Shown: one piece after another, positions 38,492 to 53,400 of the stretch | Layout: each line of letters begins with the position of its first letter | How positions within the stretch are numbered: position 1 is the stretch's first letter | Virus record (IMG/VR): IMGVR_UViG_3300013126_000016 | Location: 1-64,000 of that record | Length of the DNA: 64,000 nt | Strand: one strand, 5' to 3' | Source: a virus | Made by a program: the position numbers and the translations under genes | Notes under the pieces: model-generated | What the model saw: the letters and a program-made list of their open reading frames with translations, nothing else | The model's database searches: none | Told to the model about the DNA's origin: nothing

Positions 38492-41400
38492 TTATTGTTG
38501 TTTAAAGAAAGCGAGGTCTTTTAGGGATTCTTCTGTAGTGTATTTAGGATATAAAGGGTCTAAAACTAGTAAGCCAAATCCGTCTGCAGTAGTTGAGTCT
38601 GTTTTTATATCTATAGAAGATGAACTAATAGAAACATCAAGGGTATATTGAGAAGGAGGGGTATATTGAGGATATTGAGGGTCGCTCCTGTATTGAACTG
38701 TAGGTTTAAAACCAGAAGAGTCTACAGTAAGTTTTATATTAGCAGTAGGTCTTTGCTCTTCTAATTTCTTCTTAGCGCGTTTTATTTCTACTATTTGTGA
38801 ATCAAACTCTAATACTATTCTTTGTAGTTGTTGATAATTTAAGACTGCTTTAGAATTAAATATATTAGTTTGGTCTTGAGGTTTAACAACAGGATTATCC
38901 GAGGGTAATTTAGCTATAGTACTTTCAAGAGCATTTTGAATAGGGGTAGGGACATTAGAGAGGAAATCGTATCCAGTAGTATTTTCGATTTGGTCAACAG
39001 TGGTCACATACCTTTTCCAGTCGTGGTCTAATGTTTCGCTGTTAGGGATATTAACAGCAATCACAGGGGTGCTAGAGGTAATATCTGAAATGCCAGAGGG
39101 TCGATCTAAGACAACAATTATTTTCCAGGTATATTCAGGGATATTAACTAGATTATTAATTTTCCCCTTGCTTCCAGAAACACCAGCAATAACATACAAG
39201 GTTTTTCCTTCTTGTATTAGTTTTCTACTGTAATCTTCTAAACTTGCCCAGGTTTTTCTATTATTAGTTTCTGTTTGAGGGATGATATTAGTCATTAAAA
39301 AAGTAGAGGAATTATCGTCCCTACTTCCTGTTCTATCCGAAGATGGAACTAAATGTCCTCTGTCATATCCAGAACCCCTATAATCACTTGGTTTTACAGA
39401 TTCCCACTCTTCTGGGAGACTGAAATCTGGTTTAAAATCATTTTGTCTTTTAGTGCTTCCTAGCCATAATTGATTAGCTTCCCATGATACCCAATTAGCA
39501 GTTCCAGTACTTCTGTTATAGGATAAAGCGTATTGTTCCTTTATCATTAGATAATTATTGGGACTACTAGTATTAGATTTAGCTTGACTAGGGTTACCAA
39601 GTAATAAATGAGGTGTTAGATATATCTGTTTTGGTGTATTAGGTGTACTAGATGTATTAGGTGTATTAGGTATATTAGGTATATTAGATTTATATTCTTT
39701 TGTTTTACTAACGGAGTCTAGTGGAACTTTAGTGTTAAACGCGCCGCTAAATATATCTATTAACTTATTACCTAATCTGTAAAGTATAGTTTGTCCTTGA
39801 TTAGGTATAGAGTTAATAAAGAAGAGATATTCATCTTGTCTCCTTTTTACTAGACCTCCTAAAACTCTACCATGATTATCTTTATTGTAAGGTAACAACC
39901 ATTTAGCAGCACTTAGATAATCTCCTTGATTTAAAAACTTAAGTAAAGTAGAGTTTTTAAATCCACCCACACCAGCATTAAAAGCAAAAGAAGTAAGAAT
40001 AGTAAACTGAGTTCTAGTTAAAGGTACTTTAACATTGTCTCTAACAGCTGTAGCAGCTTTATCCATATCCATAATAAAGATACGTTCTCCTTCTTGTTGG
40101 GTTATCCTTTGTCCCCACTTAACATCAGGTCCTGTATGACCATAACCTATAGTAAGAACACCCGTACCGTCATCATAAGTTTGAGGACGAAATTTTTCTT
40201 TATCTTTTATGTAATTAATTATTTGTTGATCATGCTGTATATGAGTAGGTAAATATGGATTAAATAACCTATTATCTACTTTACTAGTAGAAAAAGAAGT
40301 ATTACTAATAGGAGTATTCTTAGTAGGTACTTTAATACCAGCAGGTAAGGGTCTTCTAGGTATATTAATTTTCTCAGATGCTATTAAATAGCGTTGTGGT
40401 TCTATTAAAGTATTTATAGAAGTAAAATTTCCCGCTCCTGCATAGTTAAACTGTTTAGGATTAAGTATTTTATCATTACTTTTTTGTGATGCTATTGAAT
40501 AGAGTTGTGGTTCTACTAAAGTGTTTACTTCTATAAACTCTCCTGCTCCTGCATAATTAAAGTGTTCAGGAGAAGTAGAAGATATTTGTTGTTTTTCTTG
40601 AGTATGTTGAGTAACTATTACTTGAGATGGTTTTATAGATTGTCTTCTAAACCTTTCTTTATAGAAACGAACTTTTTCTAGTAAGAGACGCATATCATGA
40701 GAACGAGGGTCTGACCTATTCTCATTACGGTCAACATCACGGTGTGTAGTTATTCTAGACTCAGGGATATTATATCTTATAGACAATTCCGCAATAGCCT
40801 GAGCCATACTATCGTATTGTTCAGGAGTATAGCCTGAGTGGCCTATAGAATAGGGGTTACTATTAGCTGGGGATTCATAGGAAAAGTGATAAGAAAAGTT
40901 ATTAACTGAAGGTTTCTGATTACGACTAACTCTAAAAGTTTCATTATTAAAATAAGAATTAGAAGCACCAAAAGCTCTTTTAGAGTAATCAACTAATTCT
41001 ATGACAGTTCCGTCTCTAGTGATTATTCTATGATAACTAACCTTAGATCTAGGATCTTTAAAATAATTAACAGCTGATCTAGCAGAACTGGCTGTCTCGT
41101 GTAAAACAATTAAAGGTTGATTAGTGGCAGGTTTGCCATAAGCATCAACAGTAAGACGTTCTCCATAGTTAGAGGGGTTAACTTGTTCTCTTATAGTTCT
41201 ATAAGTTCTATTAGTGGGTAGCTGCGCGGCGGCTGCCCTTGGAATTAAACTCTGTACTATTTGACTTCCTATAGACTGTTGTGCAGACTGTCTAGCTATT
41301 TCTAAAGTTGTACTTCTACGGTCATTACTAGAACCTGTTAAGTCTAAAGCTCTGTTAGTAGCTATTTGTATAGATGTATTATTAGCAACATTAGATGGTA

Positions 41401-44400
41401 TATTATAAGATATTATAGGAGCTGGCCCATATCTTATTTCTAACAACTCACTAATAGTTTTAAACTTATACTGTTTATTAGAAAAATATCTTATTATTCC
41501 TTCTAAAGAATTAACAGTATTTTGTCTTGAAAGATTTGTTTCCCCACTGTCAGGATCTTTTCTAAAACTATCATGAAGGAGTATTATTGAACCTTTTCCT
41601 AACCTTTGTCTACTAGTCTTTACTCCTAGAATTACGTTGTTAAGGATTTGATTACTAGAGGAAGCTCTAAAATCTTTAGGGTCTATATCTGCTCCTATTA
41701 TAGCATAGCCTAATCCTCTTACATATTCTACGATAGGAGTATTGTAATTAAAATAAGGGGCTCTAAAAGTAATATTAGTTTTATTAAAATTAATACCAGT
41801 AATACTTTTTAAAGTTTCAATATTATCAGTTATTTCTTTTTCTATTTCACCTGATGAGAGCTTTCCTAATTCATCTCCTGGAAGAGAAATCCCAGCAAAC
41901 TTTTTATGTTTTAAATGTCTTTGAGTATGTAAACCTAATTGGTGACCTTCTTCAACAATCCTTCTAACTAAATCTGGGTGTTGTTTAGCGTGTATACCCA
42001 TAAGATAAAAAGTAGCTTTTACTCCGCTTTCCTTAAGAATGTCTAAAATTCTTGGAGTAAATAAAGGGTCAGGTCCATCGTCAAAAGTGAGAGCTACTAC
42101 TTTTTCTTGGGTATTAATATAATCTATAGGTTCTCTAGGAGGGTTATTAACTAAACTAGTAGGTAAAGCTTTGTACTGCCTAATAGCTTGAGTTAAAGGT
42201 ACTCTAGTTAAAGGTGGTGTTGATGATCGTGGTGGTGGTGGTGTACTTCTATTTCCTACATATTGTGCATATCTAGTTCTAGCAAATCTCATGAACTCAG
42301 ATAATTTGCCGGTTGGTTTTGCTTGATTAGGGTATTGACTTTTTCCTTCATCTGTTTGTAGGGGAGTCCATATACCAGATATTTCAAAGAATATACTACT
42401 TTTTATGTTTCTATTTTCTGAAAAAGCACTTATAACTTCATTTAAGTATGCTCCATTTCCCCTTTCAAAAAGTAAGTATATAGCTAATAAATCTTGTACA
42501 CCTGGTTCATAAGAAGGTTTAGATCTAAATAATTTCCTTAGAGTAGAATTAGCCCTTCGCCACTCAAGGTGAGGTGGGTTATTGTACATTATTTGATATC
42601 GTCCTGAAGCAGTAAAGGCTCCAGGTAAAGGACGATTATCGTAAGGCATTTGAGACAGATCAGTTAGCTCTGCCCCGCCATATAATTTAGTATAACCGTA
42701 GTTTTTAGTTGCATTATTAGGTAAAAAATCTGTTCCTTCTGATCTGGCTATAGCATCAAAAAACGCTCTTATAGCTGGGTGGTCTAAATATTGTTGAAGT
42801 TGTGTACCTAAAGGCGTTAAGTATGAAGTATCTCTAGGATTTAAAGGGTTATTACCTCTACCGGTTAGTATAGAACTAGGAAGGGTATTACTAGAGTAAA
42901 CATCATTTGCTATTGTTTGTGATCTGCGAAGAACATTAGGATTACCGCTGTTTAAAGCTTTAATATACCTTTCATGGTCTTCAACGGAAGCGGACAAGTG
43001 GACGTGAACATCTCCTGTAACAGCTGCGGCATTACTTTGAGTGCCTAAAAACTGACCTTCAACTACAGACTGACCGCTAGTAAAAGTAAGGCCTTTCAAA
43101 TGATACATTTGACCTAATATTCCTCTTTTGGAAGAGTCTCTTATAAAGGAGTCAGAAGAAAAAGAGTTTAAATAATCTTCTCTAGTTTTATAAAAAGTGT
43201 AGCCACCTAGTGCTGGTAAAACTTTTACAAAAGCAGTAAATGGAGAAGGAACTGGGACATCAGTAGATTGTTGACCTTTTAGTCTTAATACGTAATCTAT
43301 TTTTATTAGATTAGGGTTAAAAGGTTCTATTTCATCTCTTCCTCTACCAGGAATCCCTAAATCTCTATACCTCCTCCCACTTCCTGTTGTATTTCCTCTA
43401 TTTGTTGTACTTGGATGATGTATTGAAGTATCATTAAAAGTTTTAACTTTGTAAGGGCCTGACATTACGTCATAAGGAGCATAAGATACTCCTAATCCTA
43501 AAGGGGAGCCTGTAGGAGTTGGGGTTGAGGAATTAGCAGGAGGTCTAAAAGTTGCAGCATTAGTACGACTACCACCAGGTGAATAAGTATAAGGACCTAA
43601 TATAGCGCCAATAGCACCTCCTCCAATAGCACCACCGATAATAGCAAAAGGAGCAGCAGGGGGAAACAAAGCAGCTAATATACCACCAGCTACTAAACCT
43701 ACCCCGGCACCTACAGCAGTTGATAGAGCAATATGTCTTTGAAAATCTAATAAATCTCTACTAGAAGAGATCTTTAAAGCAGACATCCTTTGTGTGTAAT
43801 AAGTGTCTAATACATCGTTTAACACAGGAGAACCAAAGATTTCTAGAGCTATAGCAGCTCCGACACCAAGTGGGCCAAAGACAGAAAGGCCTAGACTTAC
43901 GCCGCTCATAATTATGTTTGTAGTTTCGCCGGCTAACTTTCTAGAAACGTATTCTCTACTTAACTGTTTTGGTTGACTTTCAGTGTCAAACATACTATAT
44001 AAAGATAATCCAGCTCTAAAACCAGAAATATAGCTCATATAAGAGAGACCTACACCTTTTACAGTGCTCTCAAAAGAAGGTATTTTAAAGAAATTACTTA
44101 CACTAGAAAGGTTTAAAGAACTAAGTTTAAAGTTTTTAATAAAATCAACCCCTTGAGGTAAATTAGAGACCAAAGGAATCCCTACAGAAGAATATAAAAG
44201 GGTAGATCCTACAGCTTGTTTTGTTTTATCATCATCTTTAGAAAACTGATTATAAGCTAAATAACCAAAGGTTAATCCTAAACCTAATAAATTTCCTGTA
44301 TTTGCTAACTTATTATTAAAACTAGAGCTAGTCGTAGATACTGCTTTATTAATAGTAGCTGTAGTAGTAGCTGTAGTAGTAGCTGTAGTCTTACCTAAAG

Positions 44401-47400
44401 GATTATTTGCATAATACTGACTACTGTATCTAGTATAAGCAGGGTCAATAGGATTAGAAGAGGGTATGTAAGGCAGTGGTACTTGTCTAGGTAAACTAGG
44501 AGGAGGAAAGATAGGTTTAGGAACTTGAGGTATGAAATTAGTTGAAGTAGAAACAGGTGTTGGAGAGAGTAAAGTAGCCGAAATAGAAACAGGGGCTATG
44601 TTCTGGGGTATAAATTTTGTAATTATATAAGGATTTTTTAATCGTAGAATTTGTTGTTGAAAAGTTTTAGCCTGTATTTCAGAGATATCATAACTAACTA
44701 CAGCACGTACTGTTGAAGGGTTACCAGGAACTGCTTCATAGTTTTCTAAACCTATTTCTACACTTCTTCTATAAGTGTAAACTCCTCCTTCTTCTGGTAT
44801 AAAGTCTGCATTATAAGGTACAAATTCCTTTTTGCCCTGAGCTTTTACTTCTATTAAATCAGTCTTTGAAGCGGGAATAGAATCTAACTGTTGTCTAAAA
44901 GAAGGGTGACTAGAGGGGGAATCAGTGACCTGCATTTCAGGATGACGTTTACCAAAAAGTCCTCGTTTTTGGGATTCTACAGGGATTGCAGGTCCCTCTA
45001 TTAAATGAAAAGTTAATTTATTATCAATAACTTTAGGAGTTTGTTGTAATATTCCTGTTCTTCTCATTAACTGCCCGTCAGCAGAATAATCGGGATAAAC
45101 TATATCATAAGTACTTCTAAATAATTTAACATTTTTATTGTAAGTGTATGAGGTAGAAGAAGTACCTATTACTTTCTTGTTGGGGTTAGAAGGACTAGGA
45201 GCAAAATTATCTATAAACTTAATATCTACTCCTTTTAGTTTATTTAATTCAGAACTAGTAGACAGTATATGAGAAGGCAAATGAGTATGCCTCTTAATAG
45301 CAAAATCATAAGGAGATACAGCAAAACGAGGATTTAAACTAGCAGTAGTAGAACCTCCAGGAGTAGTAGAAATAGTAGCAGTAGTAGAACCTCCAGGAGT
45401 AGTAGAAATAGTAGAAGTAGTAGAACCTCCAGGAGTAGTAGGAATAGAAGGTTGAATTGTGTTAATGGAAGCCTTTTCCAGTGCAAGAGTTTGCAATCGA
45501 TTTTGTTTAATATGTTTTAGAGATGCAAAGGACTCAAAAACACTGTAAAGAGCGACGCCGCCCGCTAATGTTAATACTCCTGTTTTGACAGTATCTCTAT
45601 CTATAGTAATAGGAATAGATTTAATAGCAGCGCCGAGAGTAGTGGCGCTAGGAAGTCTAAATTTTTCAACAAAATTATGGTAATGAAAGTCTGCTACTTT
45701 ATCAGAGAAATAATTTATAAATTTAGAAACACTAAGAGAAGCTAAGAAAATAATATGGTAGTTAACAGATCTACCACTTAGCCTAGCATTTCTTAAAGCC
45801 AAGGAACCTAATCCAGCATTTATAGTAGGGCCTATTAAGTTTTCGTAAGCTGCCCTAGTTTCTTCTTTAGTAGATTTAAGGTTAAGATTTAAAACGTTTA
45901 AAGCTCCTGAACCTATAAAACCTACATCAAAGATAGAAGGTGAGTGATATTGAATATTACCAAAGAAGGAGCGTAAACCTGAACGAATAGGGTTAGTAAC
46001 AAAACGAGCAGCGCCCACACTTCTATTATAGATATTAGAAGATAATCTAGTTATAAAAGGTGGGATAGAAGGTAGTCTTATTCCTCTAGAAACTCTAGTT
46101 GCAATGTTAGAAGAACCCCCAAGAAAAGAAAATACGCTACCAGTAGCTCTAGTTAATGCGTTAAGAACAGGATTAAAACCTCTCAAGTCAGAGCTTAAAT
46201 AATCTAAAAAGGGTCTTCTAGTCAAGCCATATCTAAAAGCACCATAAGAGGAGAGGATAGTAAAACCGGTGTTTATTGAATTAGAGATATTTTGAAGATT
46301 AGGGTCATTAGGATTTTTAGAGAGAAATAAATTATTAAAAATAATTCTAGAAGTAAGAGCTACAGAACTTAGGCCTAAAGTAAAAGAATTTCTAGCTCCA
46401 AAAGGAAGGAGAAAACGAACACCAGCGCCGACACTTGCTTTAGAAGCACCTTGAAATACTTTAAAAACGCTAACTGCAGTAGCTAAAGTTAGACTGCGTA
46501 TACTAGTTGGAACTCTAAGAGATTTAAAAAAAGACTGGTGTGCTGTTTTTCCAGAGAATGCTAAATGAGCGGAATAAAGTAAACCGATACCGCTTAGAGT
46601 AGAAGCTATAGCTAAATTGTTGCGTTGTTTATCTTCTTTTGATGAGTATCTATCTAGTAGATTATAAGCACTTATTAGAGATAATAATAATCCAGTTATA
46701 GCGATGTTTTTAGAGTTGTTTCTTATAAAAGGTATGTTAAATAATTGTTGTGCTTGTGTTCTAATTCTAGTATTAAAAGGTGAAAAGAGACGAGAAAAAA
46801 CATTTCTAGTAGAATTAGCCACACCGTGAGTAATGTTAGAGTAGAGGGCACCAATAGCTCTAATAGGGCGATATAGACGACGTATATTAGGTCTAATAAC
46901 ATCTCTGTAAACAAGGTCTTTGTAACCGAGGTAAGTAGAGTTATAGGCAAAACCAAGTTTAGGGACAACAGAAAAAATAGTGCTGAGAAGAGTAGCACCT
47001 CTAAAGAACTCAGGTAATCTACGTTGATAAGAACCGACAGCTTCATGATCTGAAATCTGAATACGGCGTTGGATAGCTAATCTAAGAAGAGAACTACCCA
47101 TTGCACGAGGTCTAAAATCGTTTAGTACTCTAGAAGAATTAATTGATTCAAAATACCTATCAGCATAAATTCTATCATATTCAGCAAACCTACCAAGAAC
47201 AGAAGAGTGTACAAAATCATCTATACCTCCTCTAGTTGAGCTGGCTCTTTGTCTAGCTGTCCTCATTAAGTCTAATCTATTCTGATAGACATCTATCGAT
47301 GTATATTTAAATAGGTTTCTACCAGCAAAAGCATATTCACGAGTAAACTTAGGATAGATGATGCGGTCGAAGCGTTTTGCGGTACTAGGGAGAAGAAGGT

Positions 47401-50400
47401 TAGAGAGAAAAGTAAGTGGGACATTGCCACTGATTTGGTTATCGACTTTATCCCAGACATAATCAAGGCTAGAGTCTATATGTTTAAAGACAGAGTTGCG
47501 TGCAGCGGAGAGGACATTAGAGACACCAGGTACTCCTGAAAGGTGATATATAATGGAAGAGGTTTTGTTAAATATAGGAGTACCAATATGGCGGTCATAA
47601 GATCTAGTTAAGTTTACAATAGAGCGAGTAAAAGAGCCGCGAAGAAATTGTTGATCCAAGTAATAAGCACCGATAGCGGAGCCAACTAAAAGAGAAGCGG
47701 CTCCAAAAGCTGGAACACTAGACATTGCGGCGCTAAATGCTCCAAGGGCAAAAACAGTTGCAGGAATTTCCCCTAAGAATCCAGCAGTAGCTTGAGAAGC
47801 TTCTATTTTACGAAGCATGTCATTTTCAGACCCAGCTAAAGTAAAACTAGATACAGCACTATATAGAGGAAAGAAGTCGTTAGCAGCTCCTATTATTTTC
47901 ATAAGGCCAAACATACCTTCAGAGAGCACTCCGCTAAACCCTCTATTTAACATAATTCTATTGATTATTTGTTCTGACTCAGGAGCTGTAGAGCTTATTC
48001 TATGCTGTATATTACCTCTAGGAGGAGTAACATTAGGGATGTTTAAGTATTCAGAATCAGTTACTAATTGTGCTGTAGCAGAGTGAAATAAAGATGTGTG
48101 TATTTGTTTAAATTTATTAGCTAATACAATTTTTAATTTATTAAGACGTATTTCATCTGAAAGACTATTATCAGCAAGGATATAATTAATTTCATAAGAT
48201 AAGGAATCAAACTGGTCAAGGAAATTCTTTAATTTATCTGGTTGAGATAAACCCATTACATCTCCGAACTTTATAGACCTTTGAGATTGGGAAGCAGGGT
48301 TTACAACATCAATTACAGTTCTGTCTAATAAATCGGATTTAAACCTATCTTTTATACTATTTATATAAGTATCTACGGTTTCAGTTCCTCTTAAAACCTG
48401 TCTTAAATCAGAGTTAAACAAACTTAAATCAGAATTAGAGCTAGAGTAGTTTATCAAGCGTCCATAAAAATTATTAAACTCAGAGCTAACATTGCTGGAT
48501 AATTTTCCTAAGTTACTACGTCCATCAGGGGTATCAGAAAACAATAGTTTATTTTCATCTAAATTAAAGAAAGCTTCAGAAGTTAATAGATATACAGGTT
48601 TATTAGTGCCTTTAAATTGTATTGGGTGTAAGCTAATAACTGGACTTTTTGCATCGTTTATAAATGCGTAGGATAAAGGAGGTCTTCTTATTCTTTCCAG
48701 GTCATTAAGAATGCTTTCTAGTTTACGAACAGTAGAGTTATGGAGAGCGCCTTGATTATAAGCTGCAAAAGAAGCAATAGATTGAATAGAGAAAGTAATA
48801 ATATTACCGGTAGTAATAAGAAACAGAGGTATTTGTTGAGCTGCTAACAGAGCAGCTGTTCCTGAGGTAGTAGTATTATTAAACCCACCTAGAGCGTACT
48901 TAAAGGTATTACCAAAGTAAGAAAATAAAGAAGAACTATCATTTTTTGGTCTAGCAGAGTTTATAAAATTGTAATCTAGATCTTTAGAACCGTACTTAAT
49001 ATTATCTAAGAATTTAAATAATTTATTACCAACGTCAAATAATAAGTTACGTTTTTTGGGTAAAGAAAAGTAACCGGAATAATTAAAGTAGTCAAAAGGT
49101 GAGAAAGTGCGAGGGAGTTCTCCAAATGGTAGAATCTTACTTAGTTCTTTATTAACTAAGTCTGTTTTAAACTTTCCAGACTTAAACAAGTCAAAGAAGA
49201 GAGAATAAACTAATTCTATAGGACGTTGGTGACTTAATCTTCTAGTTTCCTGAGTACGGAACTGTAAAGCATAAAGAAGAGCTTCACTAGTATTAGAAAG
49301 CATTTCTGATTCTGTACTAGTAATAAAACCTACTAATTTAGCGGGAGACTTACGAGGTAGAGAACCCATAATTCTGTTGTAGTTACGCTCTAATAGTTGG
49401 TCTGGAGATATATTTCTGTCATCATAGCTTAGTATATTTTTAAATATTTGTGAGAAATCAGAACTACTTAATAATTGAGCAAAGCTGTATTGAGAGCCAC
49501 TAATATCCGCGAAAGTTCCTTGAGATTGAGTATATAGTCTAAAATCGTATCTACCTTCAGAGAGGCCAAAAGGTCCGCCTAGGGGTATAAAGGCGTTAGC
49601 ATTATCTTGGTAGATAAGGCTTTTAATACCGAATATAGAGGTAGCGGCGCGGAGTAGATAATCAGAGTAAGCGTAGAGAGAATCTGTAAAGTTTTTAGGT
49701 TGATAACGAGGTTTTTTATAAGACCCTGGAAGTCTGTACAGCTGCTCTTCAAAAGTTAAATTAGCTGAATCAGAATCCGAAACAACATCTGTAAAACCTA
49801 AACCTTTACCTGTTAATCCTCTGCCGAATAAACCTATAGCCGCTAACACGGCTGATACAGAGAATACTCTTCTTGCAGCTATAGATAAACGTAGAGGTAC
49901 TGTTCTTACAAACAAATTATCAATAGATTGACTAGCATCTATTGCTTGAGTATATATTCTATGTATTGCTTGCTGTTGGCGACCTATATAAGTGTTAGGT
50001 GTAGCGTTAGCAAAGGACTCAGCAGTATCAAATACACCTGCGTTTCTTAATGAATATCCATAAATAGCAGTAAGAGGAATAGTAGTGGTAGTTAGCTTCC
50101 AGGCTTCCGAGGCGAGGGCATTGGGTTCTAGGAAAGAACCTATATGGGAGAAATCAGAATCAGGAGAGTGAACAGAGGAAGCGTACAGATAAGCAAGAGC
50201 CAAAGGTAAAGCTCTTCTAAAGCGGGAGCCATAGCGAGTACCAAGAGCTCTAAGAGATTGTTCAGGAATGCCTAAAGTAGCAGCTGCGCCTCTAGCAATA
50301 GCATTAGGCAGAGCAAAAAGGGGAGTTTGACTGTATCTAGCAAGAGTTTCAAAAGAACCGGCTACAAATTTAGCTATATGATAAGGAGTTTTAAATTGTC

Positions 50401-53400
50401 TTAGCTCTCTTCTTAAAGTAGAAGTTGATGGAAGTCTTCGTAATCTATCTTCTAGTCTATCAAAACCAGTAGAAATATAAGAAGATATTCCAACAAAACT
50501 CATAACAGTAGAAAGAGAATTATCTTTAGAGAAAGAGAGAAAATGTTTAGGAAAAGATAAGAAAGAGAGTGAAAAAGCTAACTTTTCACTTTCGGATATA
50601 TCTTCTTCAGTTAGAGGAGTTTTACTACTAATATAATTTATACTGCTCCTACGAGCTTCAGGTAAATAAGAATTAAAAGGTTTAAGTCTAAATTCTAAAG
50701 GTGCAGAAGGGATAGAGCCAGTACCTAATATAGGGAAAAACTGAAAACCTGCTCCTATAGTTAATGAATTACCAGCTGGGTCTAGTTTAGATACAAAAGT
50801 TAGCTGAAAGATAGGGTTAGGTATTTGTTGAGAGAAGTTGTAATTAACTTGTTCTCTAGCGACTCTACCATAGGTTAGATTATAAGCTGCTAACATGGAG
50901 AGATTTAACATAGAATATTCTTTAATAGTAAAAGGTTTATCTTGTTGTAATCGAGATACAACACCCTTAATTAAAGATAGAGATGAGAGGTAATTTTCAG
51001 AGTTAGGGGAAGAGCCTGTAGGAGAATTACCTGAGATAAACTTATTAAGATTTAAGATATTAGCTGCGGCGTTAAATATAAACTGAGTAGCTAATAAAGT
51101 AAGGGAACCTCCTATTAGAGCTCCCAACCATCCAAATTTAGTAACAGGTCTAGAACTAGAAACATTCTTTAATCTTGTTAGAAGTTGCTGTTGTTCTGTA
51201 GTTAAATTAGTAAAAGGATTATCTAATAGGGAAGAAGTTGGGTCATTAATACCAGTAGCTTGCCTAACAATATTAAGATGTTGTAGTATTCCATGTGGAT
51301 AGAAGCGTTGTGTTCTTTCACTAAAAGACTTTTCAAAGATACTAATACCAGTACTAGTAGTATATTCAAAACTAGGGAGTAGGTGTCCACCTATAATAAA
51401 ACCAGACGCAACTAAAGGATATTTTATATAACCAGGTATGCCACCAGAATATTTTATGTTAGCAAACTTACGATCATTGCCCTCTTTAGTTTTATAGCTT
51501 GTAAGATTAAAATCAACTAATATCTGGTTAATAAGATCTCCTGAGTTACGCATTATATGAGGGTCAAACAACTTATCAGCTATAAGAAGAGGACCAACAG
51601 AAAGAAGAAAACCACGAACAGACTTAAAGATATTAGGTTTACCAGCATCTATAGAAGTAGCATAATTATAACGACTTTGAACGATAGTATCGTACTGTTC
51701 TCTGCGTTGTATATATAATTCTAATAATCGTCTAGAGCGGGGTTCTCTTAATAAGTTTTGGAGGGATCTGCTTAAAACACCTACATTATTAGGGTCACTA
51801 CCACCACCATATAATTGTTCTGTTAGCTGTCTTAATAATTCTGTATAATCAGGAGCACCAGCAGGATTTATTGGTGTAGTTAGATTTAAGCGTCTAAAGT
51901 TTGCATTTTTTAGTATTCTTTCTACTCTTGTGTATATTTGTTTTTCTATAGAAAATAAAGAATTCTCTAGAGTGTAAATTCTAAAGTTTTCAAAAGCTTC
52001 TTGATAGATATTAGAGTTAGTTGATTGTTTAAAGATAGTTTGAGCAATCCTTTTACTAAAAGCAGTAAGACCGCTAAAACCTGGAGCCAAGAGATTTTTA
52101 AGGGAATAATCTTCAATATCAGTACCTGCGCTGCGGTCAACTCTGAGGGAGCGGATGCCAATAGAATCACGATAAGGTTTAAAATAAAGTAAAGGATTAG
52201 CAGGGATAAACTCAGATATTTTATCTAATAATTCAGCGATGGATTCTAATCTTGAATAACCGTAGTTTTTTATTTCAAAATCGCTAAATCTTCTATGGAA
52301 ACTACCATCAGGAGTCTGTACTATTTTATAGACAGCTACAGGGTTTTGAGACAATAAATTTCTGAGGTTTTCTAAGTTATTATTAAAGATCCTTCTAGAT
52401 TCGTCATCAGGCACAACAGAAATAGATTCTAAGATAGGAAATACAATATGATTAAAATTAGAAAGGTCTAACTGTCTAAATCTAGAAAGTTGTCCAAACC
52501 AACCTCTATCAAAACCTAGAGTAGAAGAATTATAAGACCTAGAAAGGTCAAGTTCTGCAGTAGTAGTGTTAATACCTAAAACTTCGCGTTGAACTCGAGT
52601 TAACTCATCAGAACTAAGAGTAGTAGGAGTTGTTGAAACTGAAGGTGTAATATTTTCTGAGACATGAACAATTAATCTATTAATAGCAGAACCCTCTGGG
52701 GTTACATTATTGCTACCGTATATTACGTCTAACTGTAAACGGACATCGTTATTTATACCACTATAATCAGGAGTATAACCTTGTATTTCAGCAGCTCGTT
52801 GAGTTACGTAATTATAATAATCTTCTACAAACTTACCAGCATTAAGAGAACTTATATTTGGGTCAGTACTAATAAATGAGTTTTGTAGGTTTGTAATAAT
52901 ATCTATAGATTTAATAAATTCATTAGAAAAGAAAAAGTCTCGTATATTTCTATCACTTAAGTTAGTAATATCAGAATCAGTAAATAAAGTGCTACTAACC
53001 TTTTCAATACCAACTTCTTCAAACTGAGCTTTAGCGATAGAAAAAGTATGAGATACACCAAAGTAAAAAGCTAAAGAATAAGCTGTAGAAGAAACCGTCA
53101 TAGCAGAGGAGTAGATAGTGTTTTCAAACACTCCTCTTTCTGGATCTGCTTCGTAAAAAGATTTATGAAATTTTGATATAGAACCTTTTTCTTTTCCGGA
53201 GCGTACTCTTCTATAAAATTCGCTAGAATAGAATCCAGTAAAAGTATCTAATACACGTCCTACGCCTTTAGCCAGTACACCAGTCAGACCAGAACCTTCA
53301 GTATAGATATCAGTAAATATTCTATTTAGAATATCTCCAAAACCGGGTAAATTAAGACTGTAATCAGCCCATTTAGCTATAGTACCTTTAAAACCTGTAG

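Noticed and set aside
44350-45445. Thr-rich tandem repeats (TTTA)3 and (STTPGGSTT)3 in the giant protein
   Set aside because: Ordinary in-frame linker expansions
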